Shown piece by piece: positions 9,588 to 18,602 of a stretch of DNA of 64,000 nt (positions within the stretch are counted from its first letter, which is position 1; every line of letters begins with the position of its first letter). A program made the translations under genes and the position numbers. Origin of the DNA: an uncultured Acidobacteriota bacterium. Lineage in GTDB: Bacteria > Acidobacteriota > B3-B38 > Guanabaribacteriales > CAZYAF01. The stretch is from contig CAZYAF010000022.1 of assembly GCA_964645975.1 (NCBI GenBank), positions 187 through 64,186 of the forward strand, written 5' to 3'. Under the pieces are notes generated by a model. That model was not told the origin of the DNA and searched no databases. It saw only the letters and a program-made list of their open reading frames with translations.

Positions 9588-11018
9588 ATGAAAAACGATA
9601 AGAAACCCAATAAGAATACAAGCTGGAAAGATAAAGCTGAAGTCAGTTTAGAAAGGAAGCTTGGTTTCTTTGACTCCACCATGATTGTAATGGGCATAGT
9701 AATCGGCTCAGGCATTTTCTTAACAACAGGTATTATGGCAAAGTCCATTCCTTCTGCCAGCCTCATACTGCTGGCCTGGATTATTGGTGGTTTACTCTCT
9801 CTTGCTGGTGCCCTGGCTTATGCTGAGCTGGGAGCTGCTATGCCTGAGGCTGGAGGTCAATATATCTACCTCAGAGAAGCATATGGCCCACTAAGTGGTT
9901 TCCTCTTTGGCTGGATAATGTTCCTGGTGTACCAAACAGGTTCAATTGCCGCGGTATCTGTAGGCTTTGCCGAATATTTTGGCCATTTCTTTCCTTCTGT
10001 ATCCACACAAAAGATTATATTCTCTACTGACATAACGCTTTTTGGACATACATTTGTTTATACACTATCTCGTGGGCAGTGGGTGGCAATAGCCGTTATC
10101 ATATTTTTATCTATACTCAATTATATTGGATTGGGATTTGGCAGCGTCATTCAAAACATTTTTACCGTTCTAAAGATTGGAGCCATCGTCGCCATTGTTG
10201 CCTTCGGATTTATCTTAGGTAAAGGAGGTGATATCGATTTTTCTCTGAATCCAAGCGGCTTTAGTTCCGGCAGCTTAATGGTTGGCTTTGGTGTTGCCAT
10301 GATAGCGGTCATATGGACCTTCGATGGCTGGAATAACATCAATTTTACTGCTGGGGAAATAAAAAACCCTAAGCGAAACCTTCCCTTATCTTTGATATTT
10401 GGTACATTGGGAATAACAGCTCTCTATGCAGCCATCAATTATATCTATCTGTATGCTTTACCTATAAATGAGATGGCCGGAGTTTCAAGAATTGCCGAAA
10501 AAGCTACATCAGCGCTCTTTGGTGGTACTTCTGCTTCGCTCATATCTGCGGCTGTGGTAATCTCCACCTTTGGATGTGTAAATGGGATGATATTAGTTGG
10601 CCCTCGAGTCTATTATGCTATGGCAAAGGATAATCTCTTCTTCCGGCGAGTTTCTGAAGTACATCCTCGTTTCAAAACTCCAGGTTTTTCGATATTCATA
10701 CAAGCTCTTTGGGCATGTCTTCTCACATTTAGTGGAACTTATGAGCAACTCTTTATATATGTCACATTCGCTGCCATCATCTTCTACATAGCGGGGGCCG
10801 CTTCTGTCTTTACTTTAAGAAAAAAATTTCCTGATTTACCAAGACCCTATAAAACCTGGGGTTATCCTGTAATTCCGCTTTTTTACATCATAGCTTCTCT
10901 GGGAATTCTCATTAATACATTGATAGAAAAACCAGTGGAGTCCATAGCCGGTTTGGGTTTTGTGGTTGTTGGCATTCCGGTATATTACTACTGGAAAAGA
11001 AAACTAAAGATGAAGTAA
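9588..11018 (+). CDS. APC-family amino acid permease (paralog of 2802..4148)
   Basis: 476 aa with the same N-terminal signature (..KLGFFDSTMIVMGIVIGSGIF..) and C-terminal ..YYYWKRK.. as the first permease. RBS AAGGTGAG. Confidence 0.8.
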   Translation: MKNDKKPNKNTSWKDKAEVSLERKLGFFDSTMIVMGIVIGSGIFLTTGIMAKSIPSASLILLAWIIGGLLSLAGALAYAELGAAMPEAGGQYIYLREAYGPLSGFLFGWIMFLVYQTGSIAAVSVGFAEYFGHFFPSVSTQKIIFSTDITLFGHTFVYTLSRGQWVAIAVIIFLSILNYIGLGFGSVIQNIFTVLKIGAIVAIVAFGFILGKGGDIDFSLNPSGFSSGSLMVGFGVAMIAVIWTFDGWNNINFTAGEIKNPKRNLPLSLIFGTLGITALYAAINYIYLYALPINEMAGVSRIAEKATSALFGGTSASLISAAVVISTFGCVNGMILVGPRVYYAMAKDNLFFRRVSEVHPRFKTPGFSIFIQALWACLLTFSGTYEQLFIYVTFAAIIFYIAGAASVFTLRKKFPDLPRPYKTWGYPVIPLFYIIASLGILINTLIEKPVESIAGLGFVVVGIPVYYYWKRKLKMK

Positions 11019-11030
11019 TATAATAATATC

Positions 11031-11735
11031 ATGATTCATAGAGGAAAAAACACCTGTTTTTATCTGGTAATCTTCTTTGTTTTTCTTCTATTATTTATAT
11101 TCATGACATCATGTGCCAAGCCCCGCCGGCACCCGGTAGAGCCCTGGAGAAAGGGAGTCTATCATATAATTAAAAAAGGGCAGACTTTATGGCGTATTGC
11201 TCGAACCTACGGAGTGGACTTACTGCTCTTGGCTGAAGTCAATGCTATAGAAGATCCCACCTATATTGAAGCTGGAGAGTCTCTTTTTATTCCCGGCGCA
11301 ACTGAAGTTTTGGAAGTGCAGATATACCGTCCGCCAACTGCCCCTTCAGCTGTAGCTTCCAGCTTAGGATTCATCTGGCCCGTTGTTGGTAAAGTGACCT
11401 CTGGATTCGGAATGCGGCGTGGACAGAGGCATACTGGAATAGATATTGACGCTGATGCTGGAGACCCGATAAAAGCAGCTTATGATGGCAAAGTTATTTA
11501 TTCAGGAAGCAAATTTAAAGGTTATGGCAATATGATAATCATTGAGCATGCCAATGACTTTACCACAATCTATGCTCATAATAAGGAAAATTTAGTAAAG
11601 GAAGGCGACTGGGTAACACAGGGGCAAGTCATAGCATTGGTGGGAAAAACCGGGGAAGCCTCTGGCTCCCATCTCCACTTTGAAATCCATCTTGGCGATA
11701 AGCCTTTGAATCCACTTGAATATCTACAAAAATAG
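11031..11735 (+). CDS. LysM-domain M23 family metallopeptidase
   Basis: LysM (YHIIKKGQTLWRIARTYGVD..) followed by M23 motifs (HTGIDIDADAGDPI.. and ..SHLHFEIH). Confidence 0.8.
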   Translation: MIHRGKNTCFYLVIFFVFLLLFIFMTSCAKPRRHPVEPWRKGVYHIIKKGQTLWRIARTYGVDLLLLAEVNAIEDPTYIEAGESLFIPGATEVLEVQIYRPPTAPSAVASSLGFIWPVVGKVTSGFGMRRGQRHTGIDIDADAGDPIKAAYDGKVIYSGSKFKGYGNMIIIEHANDFTTIYAHNKENLVKEGDWVTQGQVIALVGKTGEASGSHLHFEIHLGDKPLNPLEYLQK

Positions 11736-11897
11736 TAATACACAAAGTATCTAATATAATTTTTTGGTTCATCACAATAATGAGTATTTAACAAGGTGAG
11801 ATTTATAGATTTTCACTTGCAGTGTTAGCCTCTCCCAAATATACTTAATAGCTAACCTTAGTTTTTTCCTATATCAATGGTGCGTAGAAAGGATAAT

Positions 11898-12902
11898 AGA
11901 ATGAAAGCTATGGTTTTACCTGAGCCCAGGCCCATTGAGGAAAATCCACTTAAGCTGGAGGAAGTGCCCGATCCCGAGCCTCAAGAGGGGCAGATTCGTA
12001 TTAAGATCAAAGCGTGTGGTGTGTGCCATACCGACCTGCATATTGCCGAGGGTGAACTCCCTCCGCACAAAAAACCTCTCATACCTGGACATCAGATTGT
12101 AGGAGTAGTTGATAAACTGGGAGCCGGTATTACAAATTTTTCTATAGGGGACCGAGTAGGTGTACCATGGCTCAATTGGACGGACAGAACCTGCCGCTAC
12201 TGCCTTAAAGGTCTGGAAAACATGTGTGAAAATATCCGTTTTACCGGCTATGACGTAGATGGTGGATATGCTGAATATTTTGTCGTTTATCAGGATTTCG
12301 CCTATAAATTGCCCGAAGGATACGATGACTATCAGGTTGCTCCTCTTCTATGCGCTGGTATTATTGGTTTTCGCGCTCTGCGTTTAAGTGAGGTAAAAAA
12401 AGGAGAAATTCTCGGGCTTTACGGCTTTGGAGCCTCTGCACATATAGTTCTCCAGATAGCGCAATACTGGGGATGTGATGTATATGTCTTTACCCGCAGT
12501 CAGAATCACCGCAGACTGGCTGAAGAGCTGGGAGCTGCCTGGGTCGGAGGAGCACAGGATACTCCTCCGGAGAAAATTGACCGAGCCATTCTCTTCGCCC
12601 CTGCTGGTGAGCTTGTTATTGATGCACTAAGAGTTATGGATAAAGGAGGAACTCTGGCAATTGCTTGCGTATATCTCAGCCCTATCCCTGAGCTTGATTA
12701 TAATAAATACCTTTTCGATGAGCGGAAAGTAAGAAGCGTAACTGCCAGCACCCGCCAGGATGCTCATGATTTACTTGAAATTGCTCCAAAAGTACCTATC
12801 CGTACGGAAGTGGAAACCTATCCTCTCGAAGATGCAAATCGAGTTTTGCAAATACTGAAGAGAAGTGAGATCAAGGGAGCAGTAGTTTTAGAGATAGGTT
12901 AA
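11898..12902 (+). CDS. zinc-dependent alcohol dehydrogenase (MDR family)
   Basis: CGVCHTDLH, GHQIVGVV and a GxGxxG Rossmann motif (LYGFGASAH). Start moved to ATG 11898 (MKAMVL..), preceded by AGGATAA. Confidence 0.8.
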   Translation, partial: RMKAMVLPEPRPIEENPLKLEEVPDPEPQEGQIRIKIKACGVCHTDLHIAEGELPPHKKPLIPGHQIVGVVDKLGAGITNFSIGDRVGVPWLNWTDRTCRYCLKGLENMCENIRFTGYDVDGGYAEYFVVYQDFAYKLPEGYDDYQVAPLLCAGIIGFRALRLSEVKKGEILGLYGFGASAHIVLQIAQYWGCDVYVFTRSQNHRRLAEELGAAWVGGAQDTPPEKIDRAILFAPAGELVIDALRVMDKGGTLAIACVYLSPIPELDYNKYLFDERKVRSVTASTRQDAHDLLEIAPKVPIRTEVETYPLEDANRVLQILKRSEIKGAVVLEIG

Positions 12903-12930
12903 AATTATATTATAAGAAGAGTAGCATGCT

Positions 12931-14076
12931 TTATTTGAAGCTTATTCCTTTTTTACCTTCCATAAGGCATTTAGCAATTTCATAAGCGGATGTGGGTTTC
13001 TTCAACTTTTTTGTGTTTTCCTTGAGCTCCTGTAATTCTTGCTCATTATTAATTAATCTTTTTAGTATATTAATAATTTTCTTGGGTCTTTTTTCAATAT
13101 AGCCAAAACCGCTATTGCGTACAAAATCTACATTAGGCTGTTCCTGGCGAGGCATCTTTGCCGAAACGATAATTGGAAGTTCTTTAGAAACAGCTTCCCA
13201 AATAGTGGCAGGCCCTGGCTTAGATATAAGTATATCAGAAATACTCATTAATTCCGGTATTCTGTCGGTGAAACTAAAAACTGCCCAGTGGTAGTTAGAT
13301 TTACTTTCTATTTCTTTTATTTTCTGGAATAATTCCTGATCTCTTCCAGCAATAAAAATTGTCTGCACATCAAGATTATTTTCATGAAGTGTTTTTGCTA
13401 TGTAATACACTCCTCCCATCCCGTCTCCTCCACCCATGATCATAACTGTGAACTTTTTATTGCTAAAACCAAACTCTTTACGCAATTTATCCTTATCGAC
13501 AGGATATTCAAAAGCCGGATTAATAGGAAAGCTTGACATAAAGATTCTTTCTTTGGGTACTCCATACTCAATCACAGCTTTTTTTGCCACTTCATTTGTT
13601 ACAAATGACACATCTGCCCGGGGTTCTGCCCATGTTCGATGGATTAGAAATATGTCTAACACCAGAGCAATGGTAAATATTTTATCCTGCAGATTTATTT
13701 TTTCCAAAGCATCAAAGGTAATTCTATTACATATTGCATATGTAGAAAGAATGACATCAGGCTTTTCTTCAAGAATAAGCTTTTTGACCTTTGCTATCAT
13801 TAAAGGTTTAATAAAAATGTTGTAAACAATATCCCAACCAAGTTTCAAATTGTTAAAGTCATAAAAACGATTGTATATCCAGGGAAAATATTTAGTCATA
13901 AAAGGGTAAGATTTTAAGGAAAAATTGCTGAATTTGCTGCCCATGAGAAAAAGGTCAACCATTTTAAAGCTATAATCTGAAGGCTTGTAGGTATTTTTAA
14001 GAGCATCCAATACAGCCTTTGCAGCAGCCCGATGACCACCTCCCACATCTGACATAACACATAGAATTTTTTTCAT
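12931..14076 (-). CDS. MGDG-synthase-like glycolipid glycosyltransferase (GT28-type, diacylglycerol glycosyltransferase family)
   Basis: N-terminal MKKILCVMSDVGGGHRAAAKAV.. is the signature of the MGDG synthase/UgtP-type family; 381 aa. Confidence 0.65.
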   Translation of the reverse strand: MKKILCVMSDVGGGHRAAAKAVLDALKNTYKPSDYSFKMVDLFLMGSKFSNFSLKSYPFMTKYFPWIYNRFYDFNNLKLGWDIVYNIFIKPLMIAKVKKLILEEKPDVILSTYAICNRITFDALEKINLQDKIFTIALVLDIFLIHRTWAEPRADVSFVTNEVAKKAVIEYGVPKERIFMSSFPINPAFEYPVDKDKLRKEFGFSNKKFTVMIMGGGDGMGGVYYIAKTLHENNLDVQTIFIAGRDQELFQKIKEIESKSNYHWAVFSFTDRIPELMSISDILISKPGPATIWEAVSKELPIIVSAKMPRQEQPNVDFVRNSGFGYIEKRPKKIINILKRLINNEQELQELKENTKKLKKPTSAYEIAKCLMEGKKGISFK

Positions 14077-14233
14077 GTCTCTTAAATTATAACCGATTCA
14101 AATAATTTTGTATTAAAAATTTATTAAATTTCTATAAAATTTAAAACTAAAACCGCATATATTATTTTAAAAAATCACATATAGCTATTTATTATTTCTT
14201 CGTTACATGCTAAAATCCAGCGGAGAAGTAAAA

Positions 14234-14689
14234 ATGACTGAGAAAAAAATATTATGTTCCCATTGCGGCGCTCCTGTTAAGAGTTATCGAAATCCCATTC
14301 CAACAGTTGACATCATAATAGAAACGGAGTCCGAAAAAGGGACAAAAGGAATTGTATTAATCAAACGAAAAAATCCACCTCCTGGTTGGGCAATACCGGG
14401 AGGATTTGTTGATTATGGTGAACGAGTAGAGGATTGTGCAATTAGAGAAGCTAAGGAGGAAACTTCATTGGATGTACATGATCTGAAATTATTGGGCGTT
14501 TACTCCGAACCGAATCGCGACCCAAGACACCATACCATTAGTGCAGTTTTTATGGCTAAAGCTAAAGGAACACCTAAGGCAGCGGATGATGCAAAAGATG
14601 CAAGGATATTCACGAAAGAAAATCTACCCTCCCCTATTGCTTTTGATCATAGAAAAATATTAGCTGATTATTTCAAAGAGCGGGATTAG
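14234..14689 (+). CDS. NUDIX hydrolase with N-terminal CxxC zinc-ribbon-like motif
   Basis: Nudix box [32 protein letters not shown] at the N-terminus. GGAG lies before the ATG at 14234; the listed ORF begins at 14207. Confidence 0.7.
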   Translation: MTEKKILCSHCGAPVKSYRNPIPTVDIIIETESEKGTKGIVLIKRKNPPPGWAIPGGFVDYGERVEDCAIREAKEETSLDVHDLKLLGVYSEPNRDPRHHTISAVFMAKAKGTPKAADDAKDARIFTKENLPSPIAFDHRKILADYFKERD

Positions 14690-15488
14690 CATAACAATAA
14701 ATGCATCCATGATGACATGGGTGTAATTCATAGCTTCCAATATCAATACTTTCCGTACAGCCACAATTCTTTCTTTGGCCATAATCCTTAGCTGTAGAGC
14801 ACGTTTCACCTTTTAACCTCTGCAAAACTGTACCATTAACGCAGTGTGCTTTCTCAACTCCTGATATTTGAATCAAATCATCATCACAACAAGCCATCAT
14901 TCTGATATTAAATTTATATCCAATATCAACAAGCTTTTCAGCAAGCTTTAATTTCTCTTGTTTTTTTGGAATATAAAAATTAAAATCGATTCTCTGAAAT
15001 CGGTTTTTAACCTTCGCATAATAATGAACAAAAGAAAATATGCAGCGAGTAATCCCCAATTGAGACATGTATTTAGCAATCTTTTTGAAGCTTTTTATAT
15101 TATTTTCTCTGCCATCATTCCACAGTATTATCGGGTCAAATCTCCATTGCAGCCGCTCGACTCCATATAGCTTCGCCAGCTCTTTAGCCTGAGCTAATCT
15201 CTCACCCAATGGTAAAATGTGCGGCTCTAATAAAGGGCAATCATTAATAGTAAAATTAAAAAAAAGGTGAAAATCTTTAAAAGCTTCTTTTTGCTCTAAA
15301 AAAGGAGCGTAATTTTTTGACCAAAGGACTAAAGTATGGACTACGTCGGGTCGCATATCTACATGGCGGATTATAGCAGAATAAGGATTTTTTACCAGTA
15401 CATATCCTTTTTCTAAACAATCTATGAGCCACGGTAAATAGCAAGCTGGAATATCACTTCTTCGAGAAACAGATATTACTTTTTTCAT
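14673..15488 (-). CDS. DUF1848-like protein with C-terminal cysteine cluster (putative Fe-S)
   Basis: 271 aa. The C-terminal ..[55 protein letters not shown] resembles the Cys-rich tail I associate with DUF1848 (recollection, not searched). Last gene of the tsaC/ParB-like/rSAM operon. Confidence 0.45.
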   Translation of the reverse strand: MKKVISVSRRSDIPACYLPWLIDCLEKGYVLVKNPYSAIIRHVDMRPDVVHTLVLWSKNYAPFLEQKEAFKDFHLFFNFTINDCPLLEPHILPLGERLAQAKELAKLYGVERLQWRFDPIILWNDGRENNIKSFKKIAKYMSQLGITRCIFSFVHYYAKVKNRFQRIDFNFYIPKKQEKLKLAEKLVDIGYKFNIRMMACCDDDLIQISGVEKAHCVNGTVLQRLKGETCSTAKDYGQRKNCGCTESIDIGSYELHPCHHGCIYCYANPAL

Positions 15489-15500
15489 CTTATAATTTTT

Positions 15501-16580
15501 TTAAAATGTTCCATTATTTCGTAGTGCTCGATTTTTCTCCCATTTTTGCCATACCTCAGGTGGTTCCATAGCCAAATAAATTGGAAGGCCCGGGCTCCAA
15601 TCTTCAAGCAATCTTGTAATTTTGCTATACATTTCAAGTCTTGTAGGCTTGAAATAGCGAAATTTATTATCAGTTGATAGAACGAATTCATCTAACAATA
15701 AATCACTTCTGGGAAAACGCTTACGAAATACTCTTGCCCAATTTGGTTTAAAACGGAAGCTGCCGAGAAAAATATATTTTATACCTTCCGCAGAAAGATG
15801 GCTTTTCATAGAATTTATTAATCCTTGATAGCCTTTCTCCCAATCATAATAATGTATCAATGGATCAAGGTGAAAGCCTATATCAAAACCAACCTCTTGA
15901 CACAAATGCGCTGCTTTTATTCTATCAATAGCTGATGGTGTTCGAGGTTCATAGTCTTTAATTATCTTTTCAGGAGAGAGTGACCATGATAATATTACAT
16001 TTTTCTTTTTTATATCTCTTTTTAATAAATGTGAAATACTTGTAGTTCTACTCCTAATCTCAAGGATTGCATTATTGTAAGCTGTAAAAAGTGGAAAAAG
16101 AGTAGTGCAAAGTCCAGTCAATTCATCAAATAATAAGCTATCCGATAAAATACCACTGGAGAAAAAAAGCGGATTGTTATCAACACGTCTTAGAATCTGC
16201 TCAATTTCTAAAGGAATTTTCTCCAAATTCAAAAATTGAGTAAAAGCAGGATAATCTTGATAAGCCTGAAGATAGCAGTATTGACAATCAAAAAGACAAC
16301 CAATAGCATGATTAATACTGTAAAGCGGTCTGCCTTTCAATGATAGATGGAGATAGAACTCTTTTATAAAATTCCCTTTGTTTTCTGCTAATACCAGGGT
16401 TTTTTTTGCTGACGTAAATTTTTTTTTGGGGGGGAAATTATGGTGAGGTAAATGAGTATAATTTTCAATATAGTTAGTCTTTATAGAAGGAAAAACAGTT
16501 AAAAAACGTTCTACTAAAGGATGTCTTTTAATACCCTTTTCAATATAAATAAGCTTAATTTGTTCAACAATACTCTCCAT
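15501..16580 (-). CDS. radical SAM protein, spore-photoproduct-lyase (SPL/SplB) family
   Basis: 359 aa. CX3CX2C in ..HAIGCLFDCQYCYLQAYQD.., which closely resembles the SPL motif (..C...C.YCYLQ..). 12-nt gap to the downstream gene and 18-nt gap to the upstream gene. Confidence 0.7.
   Translation of the reverse strand: MESIVEQIKLIYIEKGIKRHPLVERFLTVFPSIKTNYIENYTHLPHHNFPPKKKFTSAKKTLVLAENKGNFIKEFYLHLSLKGRPLYSINHAIGCLFDCQYCYLQAYQDYPAFTQFLNLEKIPLEIEQILRRVDNNPLFFSSGILSDSLLFDELTGLCTTLFPLFTAYNNAILEIRSRTTSISHLLKRDIKKKNVILSWSLSPEKIIKDYEPRTPSAIDRIKAAHLCQEVGFDIGFHLDPLIHYYDWEKGYQGLINSMKSHLSAEGIKYIFLGSFRFKPNWARVFRKRFPRSDLLLDEFVLSTDNKFRYFKPTRLEMYSKITRLLEDWSPGLPIYLAMEPPEVWQKWEKNRALRNNGTF
16400..16434. repeat. 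homopolymer block T8..T9-G7 inside the SPL-family radical SAM CDS
   Basis: Plus strand reads tttttttt gctgacgtaaa ttttttttt ggggggg. On the coding strand this is C7-A9..A8, encoding ..FPPKKKFTSAKK... A G/C run of 7 is conspicuous in a genome this AT-rich. Confidence 0.9.
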
Positions 16581-16598
16581 ATGATTTGTGCTTCTATT

Positions 16599-17579
16599 TT
16601 ATATGTATTTAAACAAAGGCTTCATCTTACCGGTAGAAAGTGATTTTTTGATGGTGTCTAATTGATATGCCAATTCATTTTCATCACGACTATCAATAAC
16701 AAAACGCAACCAATCACCTTCAAAATAAGGTGGATGCTGAACATGAATCCGATCCGGTAAATCGGCATTCATAATATTCTGCTGAAATTCATCCATTGTC
16801 TGATGCATTTTTGGATAACGCATTTTTCTTAATAATTCAAGCAACTTTTCGCCTCTCTTTTTTGGGTGTAGTTTATTATTCGTGTAAATTGAGCTCAAAA
16901 CTGATTTGCTTAATAATTCCTGAGCAGAGCATTTATTAATGATAGTAAGATCTTTAATGAGTTGGAAAAATTGAAATGATTCATTTCTATTAAGGTATAT
17001 ATTATTACATAATAGGTTTAATAAAACCTTTCTTTCATCTTTTTTGAAATCAAAAACTGCTTGGATTTGTTCAATTGATAAAGTTCCTTTATGCAAAGCT
17101 GATAAATATTTTTTAGAAAGCTTTCCTATTTTTATATGGTGATTAATGAGAGTTTCTGAAGGGATTAACTTTAAATAATGTGAACATTGTGCGGTAATAT
17201 GGTGATGATTTATAGAAAAACAGCGGCATACTTTTGCCAAAAAGAAAGCCTTTTCTGCATCTGAAAGTTGTCGTCCATAATAAATTTCCACTAAAGCTAA
17301 TTCAAGGGCTTTTATTTCATTAAGCTCGTCATCCTGATAAACCATAGCCGGAATTTTTTGCCATTGAAGCCTTATAACAGCTTTCAATCTATTAAAACCT
17401 GTTAGTAGCCAATAACCATCGTCGCTGGCTTTTTTCCACACTTTTATTGGATTAATTAATCCATATTTTTTGATAGATTCCGCTATGTCTTTAATTTCTG
17501 ATTGAAAAGCTATTATGAATCTATCCCAACAGGTCGATTTTGTATCTATTGAGTCTATATTGATTTTTTGATACTCCAA
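16599..17579 (-). CDS. ParB/sulfiredoxin-like N-terminal nuclease-domain protein with helical C-terminal domain
   Basis: The N-terminal ~100 aa (..YGLINPIKVWKKASDDGYWLLTGFNRLKAVIRL..) look like a ParB-N/Srx fold. The remaining ~220 aa are helical with no recognised motif. Confidence 0.5.
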   Translation of the reverse strand: MEYQKINIDSIDTKSTCWDRFIIAFQSEIKDIAESIKKYGLINPIKVWKKASDDGYWLLTGFNRLKAVIRLQWQKIPAMVYQDDELNEIKALELALVEIYYGRQLSDAEKAFFLAKVCRCFSINHHHITAQCSHYLKLIPSETLINHHIKIGKLSKKYLSALHKGTLSIEQIQAVFDFKKDERKVLLNLLCNNIYLNRNESFQFFQLIKDLTIINKCSAQELLSKSVLSSIYTNNKLHPKKRGEKLLELLRKMRYPKMHQTMDEFQQNIMNADLPDRIHVQHPPYFEGDWLRFVIDSRDENELAYQLDTIKKSLSTGKMKPLFKYI

Positions 17580-17612
17580 AATCTTTATCCTTATATATTT
17601 TTCTAATATTTG

Positions 17613-18242
17613 CTAACTTCTTAATACTTCTTTTATAATCTGCTCAGATATTAGTCCAGCTCGTAATACTTTTGCTGGCGTACAAGTAATATCAATTACT
17701 GTTGAACAACCACCAGGAGTAGTTCCCCCATCTACTATTAAATCAAGCTTCTGATTAAATTCTTCAACAACTTGTTCTGCTTTCAGGCAATCCTTTTTAC
17801 CTGATATATTTGAACTCGTTGCCGTAATGGGATAGCCACAAAATCTACTTATTTCACGAGCAATAAGCGAGCTGGACAGACGAAAACCTAATTTATCTCC
17901 AGCACTTCTTACATTCAACGGAAAGATATCCCTGACTTTCATAACCATAGTTAAGGGACCAGGCCAAAATTTTTCTGCCAGTCTATGAAAAATTGGCGGT
18001 AATTCAATTACGTATTTATTTATATCATTTATTTCAGCAATTATAAGAAGAAGAGGTTTAGAGGTGGCTCTCTTTTTAAGATTAAAAACTTTATCTACTG
18101 CAATAGAATTAAAAGGGTTTATCCCTAAAGCATAGGATGTTTCAGTAGGGAATGCAATAATCCCACCGCTATCTAATATACGCTTAACAGCCCTAAGGTC
18201 ATCTTTTTTAATGTTTTCATCAGAAACTTTTATCATTATCAT
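17613..18242 (-). CDS. tsaC: L-threonylcarbamoyladenylate synthase (YrdC/TsaC family)
   Basis: ..LRAVKRILDSGGIIAFPTETSYALGINP.. is the YrdC signature. The listed ORF runs to 18266, but an extended -10 (TGGTATAAT) sits inside its first codons, so the start is more likely ATG 18242 or 18236. Confidence 0.8.
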   Translation of the reverse strand: MIMIKVSDENIKKDDLRAVKRILDSGGIIAFPTETSYALGINPFNSIAVDKVFNLKKRATSKPLLLIIAEINDINKYVIELPPIFHRLAEKFWPGPLTMVMKVRDIFPLNVRSAGDKLGFRLSSSLIAREISRFCGYPITATSSNISGKKDCLKAEQVVEEFNQKLDLIVDGGTTPGGCSTVIDITCTPAKVLRAGLISEQIIKEVLRS

Positions 18243-18260
18243 TCTCATTGAATTATACCA
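18234..18260 (-). promoter_or_regulatory. putative extended -10 promoter (TGGTATAAT) with near-leaderless start for the tsaC operon
   Basis: Minus strand reads TGGTATAATTCAATGAGAATGATAATG. The -10 hexamer ends ~7-10 nt before in-frame ATG codons. No -35 was evaluated. Confidence 0.3.
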
Positions 18261-18503
18261 TATCAAAAATTAGCTTTAAACTGACGAAAAAAATATTAAT
18301 TTATACTTTTAGTTTTTAATTATTATAATATTTATATCCCTTATTGTATTATAAAATAAAAGATTTATAAAATTTTTATATTGATGCTAAAATTAACGGT
18401 ATTGAAAAGGTAAAATGTGAGATTTAATAAGGTATAATAGAATGAAAATAGCTCTATTTTTTTGATTATCTAAGGCATAATTTAAGTCAATCAGAATTTA
18501 TGG

Positions 18504-18532
18504 TTGACAATATAACCATTTTTTCCCATAAT
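18504..18532 (+). promoter_or_regulatory. putative sigma-70 promoter TTGACA-17-CATAAT upstream of 18603 gene
   Basis: TTGACA at 18504-18509, a 17-nt spacer, CATAAT at 18527-18532, ~70 nt before the start codon, within a 336-bp AT-rich divergent intergenic region. Confidence 0.35.
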
Positions 18533-18602
18533 ATCATAGATAAAAGACTAAATATTAAACTTATCTTCCAGAGCGAAAAATAACAAAAGCGGAGTAAGAT
18601 TA

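Noticed and set aside
11736-11897. Sigma-54 promoter (TGGCAC-N5-TTGCW) search in gaps upstream of plus-strand genes, given that rpoN is present
   Set aside because: The closest match (tttcac-N-ttgca near 11800) lacks the invariant GG. No convincing -24/-12 element was found by eye in this or the other gaps examined.
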